Assembly (NCBI GenBank): GCA_008632985.1
Contig: QPGO01000014.1
Span: forward strand, 372,001 to 436,000
Source: Psammoneis japonica
Lineage: Eukaryota
Direction: 5' to 3'
DNA length: 64,000 nucleotides
A program made the translations under genes and the position numbers. The notes below the pieces were generated by a model, which had not been told where the DNA came from, searched no databases, and saw only the letters and a program-made list of their open reading frames with translations. Every line of letters begins with the position of its first letter. The first letter of the stretch is position 1. Shown one piece after another: positions 24,018 through 38,500 of the stretch.

Positions 24018-27000
24018 TTACAATTGCGCTTTCCGCGTGCTGCTGCCAAGAGGTCGCTTGGAAAGCAAGTTGGTAGAGGAAGCGCGGTTCGGGGAACCGG
24101 GTTGCGCACTCGACGGCCTTCTCGAGGGGTCTCCACCTCCAGCCGTCTTGGCGATGCGCACCACGTCCACAGCACTCGGCTCCAAGATGTGGTTGTAACA
24201 CTTGGAACTCAACTTCTCCCAACGTCCAAACCACTCATACAAGACCTTTACAAGCGCTTTCCACGCCACAGGCAGAATACCTCCGTCTTCAGATAAGTGC
24301 TTTTCCATCCTAGAATATATAGTCCTGATCTTATCTTTCATCACATCTCGATTGGACTCCTTGGAAAGCGTCTTCACAAACGTAGATCGAGGGTAATGGT
24401 TCGGAACATCCTTGTCTCCCACATCACGACGAATGCGCGACACGTTAGAGAACAAGGCATGGAGCTCTTTAAACTCCCTCTTGATCATCCATCCCAAGTA
24501 ATTGTCAGTGCTCTGTTTGCATTGCGCACTCGCACGAGCCATCTGCTTTTGAAAAAGCGTCGTAAACTCTGGTCCGAGTTTCTTGATACTTTGCGTGAAA
24601 AAGTACGAGTTCTCCATTCGCATGACGTTCGCAGCATAGGCTTGATCTGTCGTTTCACGCTCGGAACAATCACGCAAACTCTCAAGCAAGGCGTTCGCCA
24701 TTTTCTGCAGATAATAGTTGACAACTTTAATGTTTGCAAATTCAACCGTAAAATCAGGGTCACGACCCTCCCTCACACAGAGGAGAATGTGATCCAAAAA
24801 CGAGGGGAACCTGGCAAAGCTTGCAAACACTCCGGCACGCTTCCCACTGAGAGGAACACCCTCATTGGTGTTGATCCATTCAATTTCCTGCTCTACCCAC
24901 GCAACCCACTGCTTGTCAACCTTCTTTCGAAGATCCATAATGGTGGCACGCACATATGCCAATGACAAAGAGTGGTCACCTCCCTTCTTCTCGCGGTCAA
25001 TGTAATTTGCCATCATGTCATTGAGGATAATGGAAGACACAAGGGATAACATGGGATCCGGAGGTGGGACCCCCTTTTCCATGTCCGCGTCCGTGACAAT
25101 TCCAACCGTTCGCTGAATATAATAACGAAAGTGCTGCGACGAATGGTCGACACTATTCTTGGCAGATTCGAAATTCCGCTTCTTTTCGCGTCCATCCAAT
25201 TCTTTCGATCCAAGACCAAATAGAGCGGCCGTGAAATAGGCCTCGCGGGCAACCTGATTGCAAAGAAACAGAGTAAAGAAACATAATGATTAGATTGGGC
25301 CAAATCAGACCGTAATAGTGCACTTGACAAGACATTCGTGGTATTTCGACTCACTACTGGAAGCAAGTCACTCAGTGCAGCCTCAATATCCGGAGCATTG
25401 ACCGTGTGCTCTGGAGACCCAGGTTCTACAAAGGGTTGGTAATCAATCATATTCTTGGCCATGTTTTGCAAGTAGGCAGTGTTTTTGCCTGGTAAAGCCT
25501 GAAAGTAGCCCTTCATCCTCTTCTTCATGAGAATACCATCGGCAACCATTTCAGAATAGGCATCACGAATAGCCGGAAGCAGAAATGGCTTCAATTGCTG
25601 CAAGATTTCAATCAGTTTAATGTAGCCCAATAGTTCAGACTGGAACTGGCGTTGCGTCTGCGTATTTCAATAGAATGGCAAGAGCGCGTCAGAACACGAC
25701 ATTGCAAGCACATAAACAAGTTCCTTTCTATCTCAACTTACATCTCGAACCTTCTTGGCAATCGTCGTGTGCGTATCCATTTTGGACACTTTGCCATTGT
25801 CCGACCCCGCCACAACAGATCCCGCAATCTGCTCCATGACAGTCGCCACGATATTGGCACAACTGGTACAAAACTGATCCGCCGTGGTGACTAAACTCTC
25901 GGCACGCTCACTGACCGCCACCAGATGCACACCACCCTGCTTTCGGGCACGGTCCATGGCATCCTTGAGCCACATGCCAGCTTGATGAATCTTCTCCACG
26001 CCCTTTTCGCTCTTGTCCACATTAATGGCACCCTCTTCATTGTACACGAGCGCCGCTGCCGGAGTTTTGAGGACGCGTTCCAAATCCTTGGGCACGTCCA
26101 AACCGTGCAAGAGACTCATCAATTCCCGTCCAAGCATGTCACAACTCTTGTAATTCTGTTCCAATTGACGGTTTTCTTCTTCAATCTCACGACAATCATC
26201 CGTAAGCGGTTGAATCGCAATGGCACGCTCATCGAGCCACGCCTCCATTTCACCCAACTGCTGTTCCAACGTGTCGAGTGTCGTAAAGAGCGCCGCCAAG
26301 GACAACGCGTCGGACGTGTCTCGGGCGGCGCCATCCGAAAAGAGTCCCTTTTGTCCCGTGAGGGAATAATGCTTTTCATCCTCCCACGCAATCAATCGAC
26401 GACACGTTTCGGCTTCTAAATCACGCATGCGGCGTTGGAGTAAATCGGAAACCGAATCCGCCTCCATGGAAATACCACTACTACTACTACCCTCCTGCTG
26501 CGTATCCCAATTGGTAATATTCAAGACTTCTTCGGCATCGGCACGTTCTTCGGCCGACACAAACAAGGCCACACGTGTCGAGTAATTGCCCATCATGACA
26601 TCGTACGCCATGCCATCCATTTCGTCCGTATCTCCTTTTCTTCTTCGGCAGCAGGCGCACCAATATTACGCTGTCGATCCAACAATGCACAAAGCATACG
26701 ATCTTCACGCAAAAAGCCATTGACCGTGGCGACATATTGCAATTCGGCACGATCCAAATTGAGAATGGTCAAGGGTTGCAACAATTTGGCACGTCCGAGA
26801 TTCGTACTACTAGTACTAGTATTGTTGCGTGCTTCCAACGAATTGCGTTCCACCACCGACGTACAAAGCATGGCGTGTACTTGAAGCAAACTCCACAAAA
26901 AACGTTCCTTTCGTAACCCCGCCGCGGCGGTTTCTCCCGGTGTTTCGGGTATACCAAAATCAATCTTGACAGTCGAACCATCTCGAAAGGCCAATTGTAC

Positions 27001-28236
27001 CACGGTAGAACCACCACCCAACGAAACGACATCTTGGACCGTGGTGAGTTGATCCAATTCTTGCAATTTGCGAATATCCGGATTGGTCCCGTCGCTGTGC
27101 AAGGTCATGCACACCAAGACGGGAAAGGAAGAAACTTCCAATTCTTCCTTGATTTTCTTGGTCTTTTTCTTCTTGTCCTCGACGTCATTCTCCTCCTTTT
27201 CATCATCATCTTCTTCGGGAGTGTACAGTCCACCATAACCTTCTTGTTCGTCATCATCATCACTCTCGTCCTGTGTCAGACTGACATTGACATCAGTATG
27301 CTTTTTCTTTTTGGATGCACCATCTTCTTCTTGTTCCAATGGCCGATTGGTGCTTCTCACCAATAGTACATAACGCAATTTATTCTTGGCCTTGGTACCC
27401 AATCCCAATCCACGCTTGTGTTTGGCATAGAGTTGTGGTTCGGCCAATGCCGTGGGTGAAATCATGACAACACTTCCACCTTGTACCTCAAACGATTTGC
27501 ATCGTGTACTTGCCAAACATTCTTGTACCATGGGTAACTTGTTTTGATTTACGAGCAAACCACCAATACTTGTGGCATCAATTTTGAGTGGTGGCACCAC
27601 GACGCGTGCGACAAAACGACCCACCTCATCTTCTTGATAGGGGTCATGCACGGATTCATTCACAAGTTGTTTGCGAGGAGAATACAATTGCTCTTTGTTT
27701 TCGTCAAACTCGTCATCCTCAGGAACGTACGAAATTTGTTGATTGGTCGGTTGATGCAAGATGCGATTCAACCGAGAAGTGCCTTTGGATTTTTCAATGG
27801 CTTTTTGCAATTTCTTTTTGGATTGTTTCTTTTCCTTTTTATGGGAGATGGAGGAGGATCGCGAAGATGATTTTTTGGTGGAAGTAGCTGCTTCGGTCGG
27901 TACCTTGAGAATGGGTTCCACGTTATTGCTCTGTAAGAGTCGTTCTTGTGCCGACGGTTTCTTTTCTTTTTTGGATTGTTTCCGAAATCCCAAATCCTCC
28001 GGAGGAGAATCGGGAGAATCAATGGGAGGTGGCGGAATGGAAGAATCGTTGCTTTGATTAATCGCCGTCATGTCCCATTGACTATTTCCAGTAGTAGCCG
28101 TAGTATCGGGGGGTGACGAGGAGGAAATGTGTCCGGTATTAATTTCTTCGCTCGACGGTGTCGCTTGCACATCGGGTACAGCGCTCTTTTTCAAACGAAA
28201 CCGACGAAATTTAGGAGTACTGCCGCTGCTGCTCAT
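24018..28236 (-). CDS. SEC3: Exocyst subunit Sec3/EXOC1 (introns near 25740 and 25300, apparent frameshift near 26630)
   Basis: PH-like N-terminal region, coiled coil 'WLDERAIAIQPLTDDCREIEEENRQLE', helical C-terminus with 'MENSYFF' and 'YSRMEKHL...WKAL', all consistent with Sec3. Confidence 0.75.
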
Positions 28237-28711
28237 GGTTTATCCGTATAAAAGTAGTAAAGAGTCGCACAACTGCCGCCGCCATGTTGTGTGTGACGAG
28301 AGTGCAATGCGTTGGGGTGTGGAAGGATACGTGTAGAACGCTACGTCATTTTAGTACCATGGTATCTAGAGGCGTGCGTTGTACGACAAAATTTTGAAAA
28401 AGGCGGGTGGCGGACGGACGGTTTATATTTTATATACAATGATGAATACATCCAAATTATCTTCTCTTTACTGGCTAAATAATAGTGAATGATTACATGT
28501 GTCGCTAATTCAAATAAATTATTATGCATTAATACAGCTAAAGTTCATTAATATAAATTTATTTATAATATTTATCATCTTCATTGGCATACTCATTCAT
28601 AAATATAACGGCTATCACGATTGAATATTAAAACACTACATCAATATAAGTCAACATTCACTGGCGAGAAACAACGGCGACACAACACAACACACAACAA
28701 ACATCACCACC

Positions 28712-30018
28712 ATGATGAGAATACTAATGCCGTCGCTTCTCTTAGCAGCAAGCACTATCACTGCCGCCGTTACTACGGCTCACAAGCATGACAATATTCC
28801 CCAATCCCTCCCCAACACAGTCGGTCGTCTTTCTACACACTCGGCACTCGGCAAGTCTCTGCTCAAACAATCTCATCGCATTTTAGAGAACAACAACGAC
28901 AATGACGAAAACTTTGATTTTATTGCCGACTATGCCCTCAAATTTCAAGGCTGTCATCACGTGACTCAATGGAACGAAAATGTCAATGGTGACGACGATG
29001 TTCGCATCAAAACCAAACGACTCGTACGATTTCGACTCTGCGAGAGTTGTTCTTCTTCCTCCTCGAGTGGATGCACGAGCAAATACGGAGATTATGTGGT
29101 GGATATGAATACCTATGTCAGTGCGTATTTACAAGCACTTCAAGAGGATTTAGATAATATTTGTACCAATGCTCTATATGATTGTCAAGATGAATGTGGT
29201 AACAACAATGATGATTGTTTGGAAGCGTGTTTTCAAGGATATGATTTGGAAGCGTGTTTGAACAATAATGATGGATACAACGACAACAATAACAAGTTGG
29301 ATCCGTTGGATTATGCATGGTGTGCCCAATTTGATGGATTTCGTCGTCGTCGTCGACTCGATGGTAATGCCTATGGAGATGACGATGCGTATCAGGAAGG
29401 TTATTATATCGGTCCGTATTGTGCTGCACAGGGTGGTGAAATTCATTTGGGTCTCTTCACGGATGATACCTGCACCACCTTTGCCAGCAATGGTGAATCT
29501 CTCTTTAAAAGCAGCATGGGATACTCTCTTCCCTACAGTGAAGATTCACTCATTTCACAAGTTTGTCTGAAATGCGGAGAAGGAAACAATAACAATGAGG
29601 AACAACAACAAGACGAAGACCGCGAAGCAGAAATTTCCGAACTCTGCGGAACCGTCTATGAAGTTTCCGGCAAGTGCGAATCGAAAATGAATGTCGATTA
29701 TCCCAACGAGAGTGCTTGTACGTATATCGAGGGAATCAAAATTATTCGAGAAGACGGTGTCATTCGAACATCCCAAATCAAAAAATCCAAGGCGGCAGCC
29801 GTGTGTATTGGCTCTTTTTAACCATGGCGGTTTTGTTGGCTGGATATGTCATGTATCTACGAACGAGTAAGTATACATTAGGGTGTAATATAATGTGGAT
29901 GGAGTTGTGTGTGTTTGTTTTTTACTGACAGAGTCTCTTGCTTGTTTTCCCTCTAATTCTTGCAGAACTCGGACGCGCCAGGGTGAATCTTTCGGCAGCG
30001 GCAGGAACCATGGCGTAA
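28712..30018 (+). CDS. Silicanin-1-like type I membrane protein (intron 29867-29965, apparent 1-bp frameshift near 29820)
   Basis: Signal peptide, RIL and RRL motifs, Asn/Gln/Asp-rich and Cys-rich luminal region ('KFQGCHH', 'RLVRFRLC', 'YYIGPYC', 'LFTDDTC'), single TM, short tail 'YLRTKLGRARVNLS'. Family assignment is from recalled motifs. Confidence 0.65.
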
Positions 30019-30528
30019 AATCATTTACCGCGCATTCTTTCCCATGTGATACCTTCTTTGATTCACCTTTTTTAAATGTAGTAACAGTAGCTTTCTCGTT
30101 AGTAGTGACGACTCTCGATCCCGATTGTGTAAACTCTACAAGTATTGTTCTGAGAATAATGAATCATCATCATAGGTCCTCAGCCGGCCGGGTCACTTTT
30201 ATATTTGAAGGCATTCTTGTTGCCGCCATTTCAAACACTGAATCAAAACTGAATTGCAGCGAATTGCTGTGTACTCTATCGCACGGCACTGGGCATTGTC
30301 GCTTGTAGAAGTAGTTATAGACCTTGAGGCCACTTTATGGATTACGTTTGGATGGAAGCGCATTGCCAAAGTCATGCACGGGGTCGGGACAACACACCTT
30401 GTCTCGTCATTGAAGATTTCTCTACACGTTGAAATAGGACCACTTTACAGTCAAAACTGAGTTACAGTGAATTTTACTCTATAGGCGATTGCGCATTGTC
30501 GCATACCGTATCTTCATTGTTAATGATA

Positions 30529-32032
30529 TTAAACCTCGAGGAGGCTGTCGTCGCTTCGAATGCTTCTCGTACTCTCAGTAGCACCACTGCTGGAAGCAAG
30601 CATGGCCAATGCCAAATCATTGACGGAATCGGCACCAAACGATTGCTGGGACGACATTTTCCGTCGAATACCACTACTACTGCTTTCATTCTTTTTCTTC
30701 TTTTTGCCATTGAGACCTTTGAAAATCAAGGATGACAAAAACAAGACAATGCCACCCACGTGTTCCAGGGTGCATTCATTGTGAAAGAGCAAAAAGCTCA
30801 AAAAGAGTGTCGTTGCCTTGCGTGCGGTTGACGTCATGGACATGGTGAGTGCACCAAAATTCTTGGTAATGGCTGCCGAACAACTGGCTCCAAAGAATCC
30901 CAGACTGGCAAAGAGTACCAAAAGCATAATTTTCAAATGAGCAGTCCATGCCGTGGTTCGTTCCTCCAATGGAAGAGTCAATTCGGCAAACGTGCCCGGT
31001 TCCGACAAGAATTGTAAACCACTCCAAAGGTCTCCCTTGAATGCTGCGGCATAGCCAACCGCAACCAAGGCAATGGAATACATGTTGAAAATAAATCATC
31101 CTGGCCGACTCCATATCGGCTCATAATGGCTTCGCTTATATTAGAAATGGCTCCGTCGCAGAGCATTGATATTGTCTGTAGAGATAAGAAGGCATGATGT
31201 GAGAGATTGAATGGAATAGGGTACGAAACGAAACGGGACCAACTGTCAGACTTACCAACATTAGAATACCCCAATGATGAAAGACCGCAGAAGTGGTTGC
31301 ATCGGCATGCATAAAGACAGCCAATCCCGTCACCATGAGAAACACAACAATGTAATCAGACACTCGGTACTTCTTTCTTGCAATCAACAATCCAAAGGCC
31401 ATTGTGAAAATGACTCGTGTACTCTTCATGAGCGTCTTTGCTGGGTAATTAATGTACTGGATGGCCAAGTTCGTCATGCCAATTTCGACTGCTCTCAACA
31501 ACGACAAGCCAATATACACCGTAATGGGCGCAGCTGCTCCTTCGCCAGGGGGTTTGGCTCTCTTGCCGCCCACATAATTTCGAAGCGTAAACGACCAAAG
31601 GCTGTATCCGCTGAATTGTATGCATGCCAAAAACAAACCAAGTTGTCTGTTGCATAGCTGAACACTAATAAGCTCTTGAAGGTACCCGTAGAGCAGTGAA
31701 AAACAAAAGAGACCGGATGCGCAAACTATAAATTGGTTCTTTCGGGAGAGATTCGAAATGTCAACGCCCAACAGGTAGACAGGCTCGATTCGAGGAGAAC
31801 TACTACTCATGTCACTCTGAAACGACTTTGTCATGTCGCTTTCAACAGAGAGCGGAGGAGGGGGAGGTACGGTTGCCATACATCTGGAATAAATAATACC
31901 TGCGGCGGCGTCTGCATCTGACGCTGACCGACAAGAAGGGCCCATGGGGCTGGACCCAGCTCCTCTGTACTCTGTTGTTGAAAAGGTTGGACACGAAATC
32001 TCGTGTACGGGTACTCTCTCTCCTGACGACAT
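30529..32032 (-). CDS. PAPS/nucleotide-sugar transporter SLC35B3 (PAPST2)-like, copy A, one intron at about 31178-31256
   Basis: 'LLYGYLQELI', 'YINYPAKTLMKS' and 'FGALTMSMTSTARKATTLFLSF' are UAA-transporter family motifs. Confidence 0.85.
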
Positions 32033-32721
32033 GATGATGACGACCGGTACTGGTAAAATTGATGGTACTTGACAGCAAATGTGGCGTTCCAGATACCCCT
32101 GCAATACAAGGTGTTTAGACAGTTTGGAGTTTGGAATGCCCGTCTCTTGTGACTTGGTCAGGGCACTTTGAAAGTTCAGTCTCGCGCGGCGTCGTTTTGT
32201 GACCAAAAGCACGTCATGTGAACGAGATTAAGTAGAATCCACAAGGCCCAACCATACTTAGTTTTGAAACTCGGTACTGTAGAAACATTGGACTGTACGA
32301 GGATTTCTACGTGGATGGGATAAAAGAGTAAATGTCTTCGTCATCAGACATAAATGTTTGTCATCAAGTCGCTGAAGAAAATGACCGACATAGTTGTGGG
32401 CACAAAGAGAAAAATTCTCACGGACACGAGGACAGCGAGGTCCGTCAAGAACAAAAAATCCACTTTCAAACCGCCGGATCTCGAATCATCTCGATGATGA
32501 TGTTGAGTGTTGAGAGTGTTGAGAGTGTTGCGACGAGTTGCGAGAGTTGAGAGTTGTCACAGCAAGTGGTGCAAGCTGCAAGAAGAAGTGATGGCAGTGT
32601 ACCCTGGTGACTGAACTTTGAACCTCATCGAACGACTGGGTCACCTTCTCCAGGAGCTGCACTGATAGCTAGAGAGAGTATATCTTCTCCTGCTTATATA
32701 TACGGAATCCATGCTTGTATC

Positions 32722-33792
32722 ATGTCTCTCGCCGGCACTACTACAACCAATCGCAACGCCAATGCTGCTACAAACAATCGCAAGGCGTCCCATCATGAAC
32801 GAGTCAGCAGTGCTCTTTAAGCGTTGCCACCGTCCGTCTTTGGTCTACAGATTCTTTCCGTTTTGAACAAGACCGACATTTTGACCGTCCTTAAAATCAG
32901 GCAACTACGCCAGAAAATGCATGGTGCTCAGTTTTATTGTGCAACTCATGGAACCAAGCTTACAAAGTTGAATCCGGATTTGTATGGTGGTGACAGCGAG
33001 GAAGAAAAAGAATCAACCGCCAAAGAAGCAACAGAAGAGGCGGAGCTGGGGTTAGCAAAAGATGAAAATGAAGGGACCGAGGAGAGTGAAGAGGCCATGA
33101 AGAAAGACACCTTGCTCAATCTGGATTGCGAAGACTGTGTTGAGGCCGAGCATGGTCGGGAACGCTGTCCTGCTTGTGATGAGTTTTCGCCCACACAAAC
33201 TTTTGAATCCTGCATCAAGTGTGGAGGAAGGAAAGAGTGCGTGGTGTGTTGCTTTGATACAGGTGGTGGCGTTTGCGAGGACTGCAACAAGTATATTTGT
33301 GGAAAAGATGGTTGCCCTCATACCGATTACTGTGAGAGCTGTTATGGTGTCTTTTGTGCTGATTGCAGAACCTTTGCAGTTTGTGGTAACTGTCACATTA
33401 CATTCGGTTGCTTTGACTGTTTCGTGGATCAAGACGAAAATTACTTCTGCAATGCTTGCCATGACTGCTTCTGCTTTGACTGCAAGGACTCTTACAGATG
33501 CAACGAATGTGAACACTTCTTTTGCTGCGACTGCAAGCAGAGTTTTGTATGCGAGTCTTGTAATGAGGTCTATTGTCGCTCCTGTCGAGAAAGAGCCGGA
33601 ATTTGTGAAGACTGCAACGATTGCCTTTGTGTCGAGTGTAGCTCCAAGTGCAGTGAGTGCGAAACGTTGACTTGCAAGTCTTGTTCACAAGTGTCCGCAT
33701 GCACGGCATGTAATATGAAGCTTTGTGCCGACTGCAGAGATGTCTTTCACACTTGTTGCTGTGATCAAAAGGGAAACTCCAAGTTGATCTAA
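32722..33792 (+). CDS. Cys-rich protein (tandem CxxC) with an F-box-like N-terminal motif and an in-frame TAA at 32818-32820
   Basis: ATG 32722 is in frame with ORF 32824-33792. 'LPPSVFGLQILSVL..TDIL' resembles an F-box and is followed by many CxxC units. The paralogue has TAT at the TAA position. An alternative ATG lies at 32917. Confidence 0.65.
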
Positions 33793-34341
33793 AGCATACC
33801 GTAGGGACAAAGTAGTGTGGCGGGATGGACCGGGTTGAATTCAAACGAAGAAATTCATGCATATCAGTAGTTGTCGTCTACGAAGCAATAACGAGAATAT
33901 CATTGCGAGGCAAATTCCTTGAGGAACAGGGCATACCGGTACCGCATCCGTCACTTGGGATACAGTCTACCAGCATATTTTTTATTATAAGACGAATTAC
34001 AAAATAAATACCGGTAGTATCCGATGAAGGCTCCTCTAGAGGGCTCTGGAGGCTACCGCTATCAACAACCAGCATCGCATGCGTGCGATAATGTTTCCTA
34101 GCTAGAGGAGTAGTCTAGACTAGAAAAAAAAATACAAAACATCCTAATTGCTATCAAACAACTTTCGGACTCTATCATTCCTCATTGCTCATAGCAGTCC
34201 ACCAAATTAGAACGTCTGTAAAGCTAAGAAATCTTCAATTCATACAAGCCTTCGAATTCGTGCAGGGCTTTTCCACAAGAGCCCTCTAATCCCCGTTGCA
34301 GAATGATAACAATCTCGTTCCCATCATACTTCACAAGCTCC

Positions 34342-35358
34342 CTAAATCGTTGCGAGAAAGGCTTTACCTGCAAAACAAAGGGTTACACTCAGCCATTTTC
34401 AGGCACAAGTTGTTTCAACATGGCAGCACTCTCAAACATAAAAATACTTACGCATCTCCACCGTGAATGGATCCATGTCGTTGCTCAAATTGAGCTCGGC
34501 CAACAAATCCGAAACCACAGAAGCGTCCAGAGAAGGTTCGCAGCTGACCATTTCGTATTTCTCTTGATCGTTGAGTCTGAGGTGAAAGGTAAATTTACGA
34601 TCAGGATCAGCCCTGTCGAGCTGGGTAAACACCCTTTATGAGCAAAAACGAAAACCGCGACAAAAGGTATTGAGTTCTTGCAGTTCACGATACACGGCAT
34701 AGCGTACAGAACATAAAAGGAACGTCTTTATACTTACCAAACAAGACCGTTTTTCCCGTGTTCAAAGTCTAGACCTGAGCATTGCTTATAGTACACGAGG
34801 CCATTCGTCAAATCATCCACCGTTGTTTTCTTAGATTCTTCAACGAGCTCTTTGTTGCTTCGTACCTTCTCTGCACGAGCCTGCTCTTTTTCCTCTTCAT
34901 GGCGGATTTCTTAGGCATAGACAACAAGTGATATAGTTGAGTAACGAATATTGAGAGTAAGCGGTGTATAAAGTAAGAGCTCTGATTTTTGCTGCAATTT
35001 ACGTACCTTCAAAATTCGCCTCTTTCTTCTTTAGCTGCTCTTGGAGTTGCGCAACTTCCGCATCTGCCACTTTCTGCTGCGCAAGCAACTCAATTTTTGC
35101 TTTGACAATTCCACCCTCTTCTTCTGAGTGAGCCTGAGAAAGTCCCCGTTCCAACTGAACGGAGGCAAGGGTATCCTCGAGTCGATTGATTTCGCCTTGA
35201 CGGTCCGTCACGAGCTTGGCTTGTGCTTGAGCAATCTCGTCAACGCGAGCCTTTTCCCGATCAATGTATTCATCGAATTTTTTACGACTCCTTGCCAAGT
35301 GCGCCCTTAGATTAGCAGTAAGTGCAGCGGGTCCGTCGTCGTTGTTGTACGGCGGCAT
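34342..35358 (-). CDS. SPC25: Spc25, copy B (4 exons)
   Basis: Closely similar to 571-1614 with the same intron positions. Ends 'RKAFLATI*'. Confidence 0.8.
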
Positions 35359-35599
35359 GGTGGGTGTTGGTTGGTGGTGCGGTGGGCTTGTGCTCAGTGC
35401 GTCCGGTCCTTGATGCTTTGATGCTGTCGATGGTCGACTTCCAACTTTTGGGCAAATCTGGGCAAGTGCAAAATAACGACAAAGGCCAGCTACGGCGGTT
35501 TTGTATGAGTGGCTACATAAAATAGACTGTGCATGCTTAAGTACAAAGATAAATTTCTGCGCAAATTCAAAATTCAAAAACGACATGCGCATGTCGTGC

Positions 35600-38500
35600 T
35601 TCAGTTTGTTGGAGTTGTGTTAGACATCGATGAATGTCATGGAGATCTTGCAGTCTTCTGCTGGTGTGCTTGGGTCAATTGCAGACAAGGAGCACAGTGT
35701 GGGTTGTCGATTGGCTGAGACACAGAGCAGAGATGCGGCATGGCGAGCAAATTGCAGTCATGACTCTTTTTTGTGCTTTGGCTGTCCCACATCTTGTCGT
35801 TGGTCATTCTTCACTCATTTGACCATTGATCCAGCTGCAGACATGAAGCTTCAAAAAATGCTAGACAAAAGTCAACCACACCACAGCCAGCTCACAACTC
35901 ACGACACACCAGTGAGGGCGCTTCCTCAGTGCATCAGAGGACTTCATCGTGACGTTTGTTAGAAGGGCATCTGTTGCTTTGCTGCTGCCACTGCACGACA
36001 AAACATGAAGACAACCCACGTTGACAATGGGGCAGATGCATTGAAAATTTGGCGTGCTGGTGTGGCAAACCAGTGCAGCAGCAACCTGAGGCCAAGCTGA
36101 GTTGTCCCCCCCTCTGATGGGGGACAAGTGGTGGCATGCACAACAATGTTGCCAAGACTCCATGTGGTCCAAGGGGCACGAGCACAAAAACAGAGCAGCA
36201 GCATCACTCTTCCTGGTCAAGGCTGTCAACTGGGTTTTCTGAGCATTGATGGGGGCAAGGAATGGCCAAGCATTTCTTGTGATTGGCAGCGTCGTGACAC
36301 TTCTGTTTTCAATTTTGGCAGTCCAAGCACTTCCGTTGCGATTGCATCAGACACACAGCAAAGTTTCTCTGACACCACACAATTCATGGCCAAAATTTTG
36401 GGTTGTCTGGCTGCAATTTGTCTTCCCTTGATGGAGGAGTTAATTTCTCTCCTGTCTTGAGTCTTTTTGGCTTTTGAGTTCCTTCAGATGGAAGAGAATC
36501 AGTTTGCCTCAACGTCGGCATGGGGGGGGCGAAAGAGAGAGACCATCTTCTTGCTGCTGCTGCTGCTGCTGCTGCTGCCACCACCACTGCTGCTGCTGCT
36601 GCTGCGGACCAAGTGTGCATTTGCGGTTGTCCTCAAGTGACTCAAAGCCCATTGTTTCATGTCCGTCATTGTTGATCAAGCATTGCACCCCACACCCATG
36701 AATCCATGTGCGGGCTCTTCATTGTTGCTCAACATTGCTTTGCTCTCTTCACCACACTTGCATCTGCTGCTGTTGTCCTCTTTGGTGCCATTGCAAATGG
36801 AAAGCCATCTCAAAATTAGAAACGGCAGCAGCAAAAGCAACAGTCATGTGTGTTTGCTGTCTTCACAGTTTTTCAATGACTTGGTTTTGACACACTCCTC
36901 CGAGTGTGCTTCTTGCACGCAATGCGAGGAGGAGAGCCATGCATCATCTGTCCATCGGCGGAACCAAATTCTTGATGCATCTGCACTTCTGTCGGCTGGG
37001 ATTCTGATTGAAATTCTTTTCATGCCACGTTGAAAGCTGGTTGCTTTGAGGATCACAGGCATTGCATGGATGTTGGCCAACCACAGATTGGTTCAGCAGC
37101 ACTTGTTTGATTGTTGTGAATGTGGTTGACCCTGAAACTTCTTGCACTGTTGGTTTCCAGCACAAGTGCACAAGAAAACCTCTGCTGTTTGGTGCACTCA
37201 GCAGATTCAATCTGGGCAGCTTGCAATCTGGTCACTGGTGGTTTTGTGAAAGGCTTTTGACCAGACTGCTGTTGCCACTCATCAACAGATGCTCTCTGCT
37301 TGCATTCTGTTTGAGGTGTTGGTTTGGACTGGACATTCAACCAGCACATCAGTGAGACACTTGGAGCTCCTTGGACATGCGTGAGCTTTGGCTTGTCAGC
37401 TCACCCAGTTGGGGCAACTTAACACATTCTGCACCTCCTTTTGGGGATGCCCAAACTGGAGCAACCATCTGCGGCTCTGACACCTCCAGCACTTCCTTCT
37501 GGACACACAGTCCACACCCTTGATGTCAAGTGCTTTGCTGGACTCCATCAGCCAAACACAGCACTGGCCCCGCCAGATGGGTTCATTGTTGATTTGCACA
37601 TGCTGCCATTTCAGGCAGGCTCTGCTCCACCCAGTGGCTCTCCTGAGTTGGTGCTGGCTGCAAACCTGTCCTCCTGTTGTCTGTTGCTTCTGCATTCATT
37701 GACAATCGCTGCACTCAAGATGCTCAATGGTGGTGTGCAGCAGGTTGCCAAACTGTCTGATGGCACCTCTGCTGTTGTCAGGCCCACCACCCAGGAATGC
37801 CACGGCAGCTGTGGCATCATCCCAGCAACCCTCCTGAATCAGCCTGGTGTGCAATGGCAATCCAACCCACTGCCAACCCTTGTTGACATTCTTGACCCTC
37901 AGAACTGTCAGAAAATGTGGAGGTCAACAGATTCCATGGTCATGTTGAGACCACGTCCCTCCTCTGCTCTGAACAAACTGCCAGGCTCATTCAAGCTGCT
38001 GCCTTGTTCACAGCAGCTGTGACAGGAGACAGCCAGAGGTCGAATCTTGCTGCTGATTGAAGAGGTTCATTTAAGGTGAGCTCCACAAGTCTCATGGCTT
38101 TGCCCCGCTGTTGTTCATCTCAGCCAACCATCCAGCAACTGCCTGTTTCTGATGCAGTGACCAAGACTGAAATTGCAGCCAGGGATCAGACTGTTTTTGC
38201 TTGCAGCACTGCTGCTGAGAGCAGCCCCGACCATTGCAAATCAACAAATTGACAGGCAAGTCTGGTTGCTGGAGGTGCAGAGCTGCAGACCACCTCTGTT
38301 GCAACTCCCAAACCAAAAAAAATGTTTGTTCTGACATGAACAAGCCACAGATCCATGAGAATGGCACCAAGAGCCGTGAGGGTGATTCTGTTGCCACAAC
38401 TGGAGTTGCTCCAATGCTGGCAACCTCCTCTGATCATCTCTCCTGTCTCCCCAGTCCAAATCCAGAGGCAATGACCAGCTTGACAGTCTCATCATTGACT

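Noticed and set aside
32500..32560. 9-bp tandem gagagtgtt repeats, and the ctcaacgat repeats at 40790-40900
   Set aside because: Ordinary slippage-type minisatellites with no further structure.
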